From NCBI GenBank assembly GCA_021160575.1, contig JAGHCH010000008.1, forward strand, positions 1-57,758: a stretch of DNA of 57,758 bases, written 5' to 3'. The notes under the pieces are model-generated. The model had not been told where the DNA came from. It was given only the letters and a program-made list of their open reading frames with translations, and ran no database searches. Position numbers and translations under genes: made by a program. The stretch is from Thermoproteota archaeon. Lineage in GTDB: Archaea > Thermoproteota > Methanomethylicia > Methanomethylicales > JAGHCH01. Position 1 is the first letter of the stretch, and each line of letters opens with the position of its first letter. Below are positions 50,498 to 57,758 of the stretch, in pieces.

Positions 50498-50778
50498 ACT
50501 CTCATCCTCTTTCTTAGCGCTTCTACCAAGTCCTCGCCATTCCACATGTAATCAGATCGAAGACCTATACCCACAATGGAAGCTACGGTTTCGGCTCTCC
50601 CGGACTTGCTTAAGCCTAGTTCTTTCTGGACGAGATCGATGATGGCTCTTGAAAGAGCCCCCCTACGAAAACCATACTTCTCAGCTACATACCTCCGGAA
50701 TTTCTCAGCAAGCCATCTTGGCATCTCTACCTTGATGACTTCAATACTCCTTCTATTGTTAGACAATTTATTCCCCAA
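50488..50778 (-). CDS. vapB: ribbon-helix-helix (CopG/VapB-type) antitoxin
   Basis: IKVEMPRWLAEKFRRYVAEKYGFRRGALSRAIIDLV gives the beta-strand plus two helices of an RHH fold. Confidence 0.7.
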   Translation of the reverse strand: MGNKLSNNRRSIEVIKVEMPRWLAEKFRRYVAEKYGFRRGALSRAIIDLVQKELGLSKSGRAETVASIVGIGLRSDYMWNGEDLVEALRKRMRVCI

Positions 50779-50958
50779 AGTACTATAGTACTTTTGGTCT
50801 AATAAAAATGTTCAGCGTAAAGCTGCCGCACACTCCATGTCCTCCAATGGGAAATCTAGGGGGACCCCTTGAGACCTCATGCAGTACAAGTTTTCATTCC
50901 GTGATTATAGATGCTGCGCAATATTGAGCTCAGGTACCTTTTTCGTGTTTAGGGCTTG

Positions 50959-51630
50959 TCATGGCAAGAATGGTGAGATGAAGCCACCTAAATTGAAGCC
51001 AACATGTGTGGCTATGGCAGGTAGTAGAGAGCCCATTCTTTTACGGCAGCATCCCGCTATCATGCTCATTATGAATGCTGTACCGATAATGTAGGTTCGT
51101 TGGATTAGAGGTGCTGTAGAGAAGGGTATTAGGTGTATGAGCGAGAAGAGAAGTGCACTTATGGTTATCGCCATCCACGGATTAACATCGTTTTCGAGTA
51201 TGTAGCCGAGGAAGAGCCCTCTGAATAATGTTTCCTCTCCAACTGGGGCTAAGGCAAATGCGAGGATAAAGTACATGGCGCCCTGCTCTTCAACCCCAGG
51301 TATTGGAAAACTGTATCTCTCTGCGGGAGCTGTGTGGAGTTCAACGTATGCTATTAAGATCGCGAGGAGGGTGGATAGAAGAAATACAGTGAGTATTTTC
51401 GTGAAGCCGATAATTCTAAAGCCTATGATGTTGTCCTCTGGCTTCAATGCAAACTTCACAACTGTTATGGATAGTACTACAAAGAGTAGCTCTATAATGG
51501 CAACGCTGAGAATCGCGTTGCGGGAGATCGCGTATACCACGGAGCTAGCTATGGCGCTGGGTATGAAGACTACTAGCCATACCGCAAAGCCCTTGACAAC
51601 GCCAAGCAACCTTCGGGCTGCCATGAACAT
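50959..51630 (-). CDS. CPBP-family intramembrane glutamic protease (CAAX/Abi)
   Basis: APVGEETLFRGLFLGY (EExxxR), SALLFSLIH and ATHVGFN. Confidence 0.85.
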   Translation of the reverse strand: MFMAARRLLGVVKGFAVWLVVFIPSAIASSVVYAISRNAILSVAIIELLFVVLSITVVKFALKPEDNIIGFRIIGFTKILTVFLLSTLLAILIAYVELHTAPAERYSFPIPGVEEQGAMYFILAFALAPVGEETLFRGLFLGYILENDVNPWMAITISALLFSLIHLIPFSTAPLIQRTYIIGTAFIMSMIAGCCRKRMGSLLPAIATHVGFNLGGFISPFLP

Positions 51631-51855
51631 TCCTCACCGCTAAAAAAAGCATTGTATCCTAATAATTTTTTAACTATTGCTGAAGAATCTACATGGACAA
51701 CTCTTCCATAACCAACAAAGAAAATTCCAGGCCACCTAGAGATACAGCGTGCTTTATATCTTCTAAAAGGGAGTTCCGCTTCGCTTTAAATTGCTGAAAA
51801 GCTATGTTTTTTAATTTGAAATGCATCGTGCGGTTTTTAAGCTTCTTAGTGTGGA

Positions 51856-52707
51856 ATGCCCTTGAAGACGGATGTTGACGAGGTGCTTCAAGCAGTCACG
51901 GCAGCTAGGAGGAGAGCTGAAGAGATAGCTAGGAGGTTATGCTTAGAGACCTCAACGCTGCCCTGCTTTGAAGCCTATGTGCTGAATATTATCATGCTAC
52001 AGATGGCGTCGGATATGCGTAGAGGGAGGAGGGTAGATGTTGGAAGATACGCTTCAGTCGTTGAGAGAAAGCTCAGCAGTAGGAAGAGAACTGTGCTGCT
52101 AACAGAGATTTGCAGGCTTTATTGCGAAGAGCTGCAAAAAGAGAAGCTACGCATCATAGCTGATGTTGGCTGTGGCCTCGGCTTGAATTTAAACATCACT
52201 AAAAGTTATGTTGCCGATTCAGAGATCTTATTGGGCATTGATAAAAATCTCCACTTCCTTAAAATGCTTAAGGGAATGGTTGCTGGGGCAGAGGCTATAC
52301 TGGCTGATGCTTCAGCACTGCCGTTAAAGGATGAATCTATAGACATGATTTTCTGCACGGGAGTTGTTCACGAGCTTCCAAACCTTAATGCTATCGATGA
52401 AATTAAGCGGGTTCTTAAGAATGGCGGGAAGGCTCTGCTTGTAGATACTGCTTTAAGGAGCATTCCTTCGCAGGTGCTCGACATCACTAGAAGGCTTAGG
52501 GTAAGGCTTGGCAAGGAGCCGGAGATGCCCTACACGTTGAAGCAGCTGTTTTCGAAAATCGAAGCGCTCGGCATGCACATGGAGAAGAGTCTTGTTTTTT
52601 GGAGAGCTTTCATAATTGGGATTGTAGCGATAGTTGCAAGTAAAACTTCAGTTGCGAAGATCAAACTATCGGCTGGAGCACATTCGGAGAAGCTGAGTTT
52701 TCATTGA
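51856..52707 (+). CDS. class I SAM-dependent methyltransferase with C-terminal hydrophobic segment
   Basis: IIADVGCGLGLN (motif I), LADASALPLKDESIDMIFCTGVVHEL, and VLKNGGKALLVD. Confidence 0.75.
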   Translation: MPLKTDVDEVLQAVTAARRRAEEIARRLCLETSTLPCFEAYVLNIIMLQMASDMRRGRRVDVGRYASVVERKLSSRKRTVLLTEICRLYCEELQKEKLRIIADVGCGLGLNLNITKSYVADSEILLGIDKNLHFLKMLKGMVAGAEAILADASALPLKDESIDMIFCTGVVHELPNLNAIDEIKRVLKNGGKALLVDTALRSIPSQVLDITRRLRVRLGKEPEMPYTLKQLFSKIEALGMHMEKSLVFWRAFIIGIVAIVASKTSVAKIKLSAGAHSEKLSFH

Positions 52708-52759
52708 CTAAAGGGTTTGGAGCACACGCTAGGGAGCTGTAAGGCTTGCAAGTCTTAAG

Positions 52760-53911
52760 ATGTTTAGGGGAAAGGCAGATATCATAATAACACTGTTAAA
52801 CAGAGCGGTGTTATACGTGCCAACACGTCTTCCAGAGCAGATTCTTAAAGCCAGGTATGGCAGATTTCAAGAGCTATTAAGGAATAGTGAAGTCGATGCC
52901 GTGATGTTGAGAACCCTCTCAAGCTTCAAGTACTTTGCTAGGGTTAAGTGGCTTAGACCTGCACTTCTAATACCCGCTGAAAGCGAGCCTATAGCTTTTG
53001 TTGCCCGTGGTGAGGAGGATTTCTTCCGTGAACGAACTTGGATAGGTAGCATTGTCACATATGCTGATGGAGGAGAATTGATGGGAAAGGTGTCACGGAC
53101 CATCAGGGAGATGAAGTTTAGAAGGGTTGGCCTTGAATTTGGAATTGAGCGCGATTCCTACATCCTTTTCTATGAGATGTTTAAACGTTTGAATCCTCAA
53201 GTGGAGGTAGTGGATGTCAGTCAGCTGATTTTTCAGCTGAGGATGGTTAAAGAGGCTGTTGAACTGGATATGATACGCAGAGCTGGCAGAATAGCGGCTA
53301 AGGTGGTGGAAGACGTTCTTTCAAGGGTTAAGATGGGGATGTCGGAGACTGACATAGCCGCTGAAGCTTACTACGAACTATATAGGAGCGGATGTGAGGA
53401 GCCGCATGTATTAGTAAATGTTGGTCCTGAGCCGCGAGTGCATTCAGAGCCCTTTAAGGACGTTGTGGTCAGGGAGGGTGTCTTCGTGACCATGATTGTA
53501 GCTGCAGATTACAATGGCTATTACGCTAATGTATCGAGAACCAAATACATGGGGGAGGCTAGCGGTGTTGCTGGTAGGGCGCTTGAGTGCATGAACATGG
53601 TCTTTGAACAAGCGCGAAATCTAACTAAAGCTGGTGTGAGGTTCATTGACGTCATGAAAACACTGGACAAGATATATGCAGAGTACGGGTTTTTGGAGCA
53701 TAGGGTTGCAGGGTATGTGCATGGAATTGGATTGCAGGTAGAGGAGCCGCCCATAACAACTATAGTGCCAGCTCACAGGATGATAGATGTGAAGCCTGGC
53801 ATGGCTATAGCACTTGTTCATGCTCCTCTCCTGCTTAAAGGACTTGGCCAGGTTAAGCTGGAGGACACGTTCATCGTTAGAGAAGATGGCAGTTTGGAGA
53901 AAATCACGTGA
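52760..53911 (+). CDS. M24-family metallopeptidase (Xaa-Pro dipeptidase-like)
   Basis: Creatinase-like N-domain, HGIGLQVEEPP, and VKLEDTFIV. Confidence 0.8.
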   Translation: MFRGKADIIITLLNRAVLYVPTRLPEQILKARYGRFQELLRNSEVDAVMLRTLSSFKYFARVKWLRPALLIPAESEPIAFVARGEEDFFRERTWIGSIVTYADGGELMGKVSRTIREMKFRRVGLEFGIERDSYILFYEMFKRLNPQVEVVDVSQLIFQLRMVKEAVELDMIRRAGRIAAKVVEDVLSRVKMGMSETDIAAEAYYELYRSGCEEPHVLVNVGPEPRVHSEPFKDVVVREGVFVTMIVAADYNGYYANVSRTKYMGEASGVAGRALECMNMVFEQARNLTKAGVRFIDVMKTLDKIYAEYGFLEHRVAGYVHGIGLQVEEPPITTIVPAHRMIDVKPGMAIALVHAPLLLKGLGQVKLEDTFIVREDGSLEKIT

Positions 53912-53918
53912 CTGAATG

Positions 53919-55640
53919 CTAAAGTTTCACCACTTGAAGGAGCTGTTCGACGAGCTTGTCATCCTTGAGTATTTCACGGAGCTGTTCACGAGAGGTTATT
54001 GGACGGGCTCTAACAATTCTAGCGGCTCTCTTGGAGCCTACTCCGGGTAGCATTTGCAGCGTTTTTAGGCTGGCTTTGTTGATGTCAATGGGGTAGGGAA
54101 GCCCTACTACTGAGCGAAAGCCATAATCTACCACGACGATGTCAATGAACCTACCTAGGGAAAGGCGTTCCGGGATAGCAACCAATATCGGGTAGCTGCC
54201 GATCTGTCTTGCATAGGTGGTGTTGCGTTCCATAACCTCTGTTCTCACCCTTCTCAGCACCGTGTAGTGCGGCACTACTCTGCGGAGCATGGGGAGGTCG
54301 ATCTCTCTTCGGATCTTCTCCTTGTAGGCTTTGAAGAACTTCCTATGGCGCTTGATGATACTATCGCCTATACTCCACATTCTCGTATTGGGGAATACCA
54401 GAATTTGCCTTAAGTTGATCCGCCGGATCATGAGTCCTCTATCGAGGATTTCCTTGAGGAAGCGGAAGTTGAGCTCATAGGTTTCCCTTCGTTCACCCAT
54501 TAAGCCGTAGACGAAGTTTATGCCGGGGAGAAGGTGAGGTAAGCCGTTTTCTCCTCGGATGGCTCCAACCTTGTTGATAATTTCCACGGCTAGGAGGGCT
54601 TCTTCTGGCTCGACTTTGAGGTTGTTGAGCTTAACTACGAGGGGGTCGGCGGATTCCACTCCGAAGGCAGCTACGTCGCCGGGTGTGTGGTAGGCGACTA
54701 TGATCTTGGCAATTGTCTCTGACAGCTTTGGGTGGTGTGCTATGGTTCCGGGGTTCACATTATCTATGTGGAGCACTTGGAGGTTTGGGGCTGCTTGCCT
54801 TATCCCCTTGAAGAGCTTCTCGATAGCCTCTGGGTTTGGCTCTGGGAACTCGTAGTTGCCTACACCCTTAGCCATATAAGAGAATAGATCTGGCTGCCTT
54901 CCCAAGCGGAAGTGCATTACGCCTAGGCTGTGGAGGGCCTCGATCTCCTTGACGATGTGCTCCACGGGGCGGAAGCTGGGCTCCCCGTAAAGGGGCTCGG
55001 TGCAGAAGGAGCATCCGCCGGTGAACCAGCGGGGACATCCTCTATAGGTTTCGATCTCGCAGAGGAGAGATTCTGGGTAGTTGGGGTGCTGAGTAACTAT
55101 TCTGGCTCCTCTCACAGCGACTTCTCCTAGCTCTGCTTCACTCTCCCTAGTCTTGAAGGGGTCTACGGCGTCGACGTTGAGCTTGGCGTCCATTAGATCC
55201 ATTACAACCTTGTCCGGGTCACCCTTCACTATGAGGTCGTAGAGCCCGGAGACAAGATCAGATGGTAAGGCGGTTCTTCCACCTTCCCTTCCAAAGCCGA
55301 AGCGGGCTGCTGGTCCGCAGAGCAGTTTAACCGGAGTGAGGATGCGCTTGCCTACTTCGATTACGTCCTTTAGGGTTGCTGGAGAGCCTCCGAGATATTT
55401 TCCAGGTACAGTGACTCCGGCGATGAAGATGAGCAGCTGACTTTTCTCAGCGACTTGCTTGAACTCGTCGAAGTTGCGGCGCACTTGGTCTAGGGTGTAG
55501 TAGAGGACTTGGCAGTGAGGACTCTTCATCCATAGGGCTCCCGCGACGTAGCGGGGATATACATCGATGTAAGGTGGAACGCCCAGTCCAGCTGGCTCAT
55601 CGGTGTAGCCATCTAGGATTACGGCTCTATTAATAGTCAA
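53919..55640 (-). CDS. radical SAM protein (COG1031-like) with C-terminal HhH
   Basis: YRGCPRWFTGGCSFCTEP Cys cluster, TIM-barrel-length core, and C-terminal LQMLPGVGSKRAARIV HhH. Confidence 0.7.
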   Translation of the reverse strand: MTINRAVILDGYTDEPAGLGVPPYIDVYPRYVAGALWMKSPHCQVLYYTLDQVRRNFDEFKQVAEKSQLLIFIAGVTVPGKYLGGSPATLKDVIEVGKRILTPVKLLCGPAARFGFGREGGRTALPSDLVSGLYDLIVKGDPDKVVMDLMDAKLNVDAVDPFKTRESEAELGEVAVRGARIVTQHPNYPESLLCEIETYRGCPRWFTGGCSFCTEPLYGEPSFRPVEHIVKEIEALHSLGVMHFRLGRQPDLFSYMAKGVGNYEFPEPNPEAIEKLFKGIRQAAPNLQVLHIDNVNPGTIAHHPKLSETIAKIIVAYHTPGDVAAFGVESADPLVVKLNNLKVEPEEALLAVEIINKVGAIRGENGLPHLLPGINFVYGLMGERRETYELNFRFLKEILDRGLMIRRINLRQILVFPNTRMWSIGDSIIKRHRKFFKAYKEKIRREIDLPMLRRVVPHYTVLRRVRTEVMERNTTYARQIGSYPILVAIPERLSLGRFIDIVVVDYGFRSVVGLPYPIDINKASLKTLQMLPGVGSKRAARIVRARPITSREQLREILKDDKLVEQLLQVVKL

Positions 55641-55646
55641 TGAAGC

Positions 55647-56630
55647 CTACCTCTCGAAGTGGCTCCAGCCAAGCGGCGGAATCACCCTCTCCTCTTCCTT
55701 AGAACGATAGTATACCTTGTTTTCCTCCACCACCTTGCCTATTCTCAGCAGCCTTCCTCCAGCCGCTCTGGCCACTCTACAGGCTTGGGGCCACATCCCC
55801 TGCCTCACAGTGACTACCAGTTCGAACTCCTCACCGCCGTAGAGTACGAGGTCGAAGAGCTCTAAGCCGCGTTCCTCGGCATATCTTTTGAGCCTAGGGG
55901 GAGCCGGAAGCTCGGTGATTTCGAAGCCCACACCGCTCATCCTTGAGAGTTCATGGAGGGATTTGGCGAGACCGTCGCTGGAGTCTATGGAGGCTGAGAC
56001 TACGCCGCTCTCAGCCAGTGCTACCCCTAGGTTTACCCTAGGCTTAGGGGTGTAGACGCTGCGTAGAGCCAGTCTTTTCAGCTGCTCATCCTTCACGGGG
56101 AAGCCTTCAAGGAGAATCTTGAAGGCTAACCCGGTCCATCCAAAGTACCCAGTTACAGCCACCAAGTCGCCGGGTCTAGCTCCGGAGCGGGGGATGATGG
56201 AGCGCCCAGCTACTCCAAGCCCCACTGAGGTAGCTACTACCTCTGGCGCCTCACCCAAGTCTCCTCCTATGTAGAGGGAGTTGAACTTCCGGCAGGCTGA
56301 GGAGAAGCCTTTGACTATGCTCTCGGCGTCCTCAACTTCAAGGGAGGAGGGAGCTGAGAGGGAGAGGAGAAGGGCCAGAGGCTTGGCCCCCTTAGCTGCT
56401 AGGTCGCTTAAGCTGTAGACGGCGCACTTCCATCCAAACTGCTGATAGGACATTCCGGGGAGCTTGTCGGAGCCCTCCGAGAGGGAGTCCACGGTGACCA
56501 CTATCGATTTTCCATCAACTCGTAGGTCGGAGGCGTCGTCACCAAACTTGAGGAAGCCGGGGTCGTCAACATACTTGGAGATCAGCTTGAGGAAGCCCAG
56601 CTCCCCTACATCGCGCAGCTTCAACACCAA
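55647..56630 (-). CDS. thiL: thiamine-monophosphate kinase
   Basis: GDDASDLRVDGKSIVVTVDSL and GGDLGEAPEVV, with AIR-synthase-related PurM-like N and C domains. Confidence 0.8.
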   Translation of the reverse strand: MVLKLRDVGELGFLKLISKYVDDPGFLKFGDDASDLRVDGKSIVVTVDSLSEGSDKLPGMSYQQFGWKCAVYSLSDLAAKGAKPLALLLSLSAPSSLEVEDAESIVKGFSSACRKFNSLYIGGDLGEAPEVVATSVGLGVAGRSIIPRSGARPGDLVAVTGYFGWTGLAFKILLEGFPVKDEQLKRLALRSVYTPKPRVNLGVALAESGVVSASIDSSDGLAKSLHELSRMSGVGFEITELPAPPRLKRYAEERGLELFDLVLYGGEEFELVVTVRQGMWPQACRVARAAGGRLLRIGKVVEENKVYYRSKEEERVIPPLGWSHFER

Positions 56631-56742
56631 GCACCTACAAGCCCTTAGGAGAAAAAACGTAAAAAGAGTTCACCGACCTCGAATAATGAAGCTCCGCGAG
56701 ACCACAAAATTTTTACATCGCCTGAAGATAACAACACGAGGA

Positions 56743-56819
56743 GCCCCGGTAGCTCAGCTCGGTAGAGCGGCAGCCTTGTAAGCTGTTGGTCGCGGGTTCA
56801 AATCCCGCCCGGGGCTCCA
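56743..56819 (+). tRNA. tRNA-Thr(UGU), CCA encoded
   Basis: GCCCCGG-UA-GCUC-AGCUCGGUA-GAGC-G-GCAGC-CUUGUAA-GCUGU-UGGUC-GCGGG-UUCAAAU-CCCGC-CCGGGGC-U-CCA. TATA-like AAAATTTTTAC at 56706-56716. Confidence 0.9.
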
Positions 56820-57127
56820 TCCTTCCATTCTTGCACAGCTTAATATTGGCAGTAGATAAGTCCTCTCTTTGAGAGAGCCTCGTTAGGGTAACTTGAAGAG
56901 CTGGAGCGTAAAATTTGAGGGTGGATTGATGCCCGTCGAGTAGCGAGCGAGGTCGAAGAATTCTCGTAGGGAGAAGAGGTTCTTTGATGAAGCTACTGAT
57001 CATGGTGCTGAACTACGTAATAGTAGGACTTAAGATGGAGCATCCCCATTAGATTCTAGGGATCCTTTAAGACGGCAAGGTAATTATGGGCGTATGCATG
57101 TTCTTTTATTGGCGGTGAGCTTACACC

Positions 57128-57758
57128 TTGGAGATCGCGGAGATAGCCTCCCTGAAGCCCACCCTTTTCTGGCGTGATCCACTAGTGGTGGCACTCAGCG
57201 TATTGGCTGGCAAGACCCGGAGAAGCCCCTATCGAGTAGTTGTAACGGACTATAACATGAAGGTAAAAGGTGTCCTCACTGGGAGACGAGTCTTAGAGGT
57301 ACTCCTCGGAAGAAGAGGAACTTCCCTTAGAGAAAGAGAGGGAATTAAAGGCATCTTAAGGGAGCCAGTGGGGCTCTTCATAGATGAGGCAAGACACCTC
57401 TTCGTTGAGGACACTCCTCTTCAAGCTGTGTTACAGTACATGGCTGAAAACGAGATCGGACAAGTAGTGGTTGTCAATCAGGTGGGAGGCTTCAGAGGGA
57501 TCGTCGATGAGGAATGCCTCTTGAGGAGGTTGATTGGCAAGAAGTTTGGAATAAGAGTTTCGGAAGTTATGTCGGAGACCGTCCATTCCATCCCCCCTGA
57601 AATAAACCTCTTGGAAGCAGCGCATATGATGGTTGATCTCATGGTGAGAAGGCTAGTGGTTCTGAGGGAGAAAACTCCTCTCGGAGTTTTAACTGTGACA
57701 GACATCTTGAACTATGTGCTAGCGAAGGAAATGCACATTGAAATGCTACTCTATGACC
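57128..57758 (+). CDS. CBS-domain pair protein (3' end runs off the window)
   Basis: My translation from TTG 57128 reads (M)EIAEIASLKPTLFWRDPLVVALSVLAGKTRRSPYRVVVTDYNMKVKGVLTGRRVLEVLLG...VSEVMSETVHSIPPEINLLEAAHMMVDLMVRRLVVLREKTPLGVLTVTDILNYV, two CBS repeats. An in-frame TGA lies at 57116. Not in the ORF track because it is open at the edge. Confidence 0.7.
   Translation, partial: MEIAEIASLKPTLFWRDPLVVALSVLAGKTRRSPYRVVVTDYNMKVKGVLTGRRVLEVLLGRRGTSLREREGIKGILREPVGLFIDEARHLFVEDTPLQAVLQYMAENEIGQVVVVNQVGGFRGIVDEECLLRRLIGKKFGIRVSEVMSETVHSIPPEINLLEAAHMMVDLMVRRLVVLREKTPLGVLTVTDILNYVLAKEMHIEMLLYD

Noticed and set aside
56713-57003. 96-aa minus-strand ORF.
   Set aside because: It overlaps tRNA-Thr(UGU) on the opposite strand, and the sequence is not protein-like.
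1-57758. Scan for CRISPR arrays, rRNA genes, IS elements, transposases and integrases.
   Set aside because: I found no regularly spaced direct repeats, no rRNA-like conserved blocks, and no DDE, tyrosine or serine recombinase motifs in any listed ORF.

Overview
Archaeal chromosomal window of about 57.8 kb, roughly 50% GC, densely coding on both strands. The marker set points to a TACK/Thermoproteota-type lineage: thermosome, RadA, short-form XPF, archaeal histone, TFB, Rpo8, eL38, eS17, an SmAP3-like Lsm, ABCE1, ArcTGT, archaemetzincin and KEOPS Cgi121. All three tRNA genes encode CCA, and one carries a non-canonical intron. Most of the window is housekeeping (translation, transcription, RNA modification, chaperones, cofactor metabolism). 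I saw no rRNA, CRISPR array, transposase or integrase. Seven things stand out. (1) A six-gene operon (7495-11656) with overlapping gene junctions places radA with a SWIM zinc-finger protein, a RadA paralogue, and a split copy of a membrane-anchored HerA/VirB4(CedB)-like ATPase whose Walker A is destroyed. (2) An island that looks more AT-rich by eye (30576-38807) holds a divergent TFB paralogue and three prepilin-like genes. It also holds a FlaI/TadA-type ATPase, a split TadB/TadC-like platform, a Flp-like pilin, and the intact membrane-anchored HerA/CedB-like ATPase; I read this as a candidate pilus plus DNA-transfer apparatus. (3) A stand-alone GGDEF/Cas10-palm-like domain protein is translationally coupled to a PHP phosphoesterase behind tgtA. 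(4) A 212-nt highly structured ncRNA with its own TATA box and T-tract could not be assigned to SRP or RNase P by eye. (5) A tRNA-scar region (16380-18030) contains an intron-containing tRNA-Val, tRNA fragments, palindromes and a decayed gene. (6) A 40-aa Glu/Trp-repeat microprotein lies upstream of a Zn-ribbon gene and ABCE1. (7) A MoaD/SAMP-like ubiquitin-fold gene is broken by a T6 homopolymer frameshift. All functional calls come from motif recognition by eye; no database search was run.
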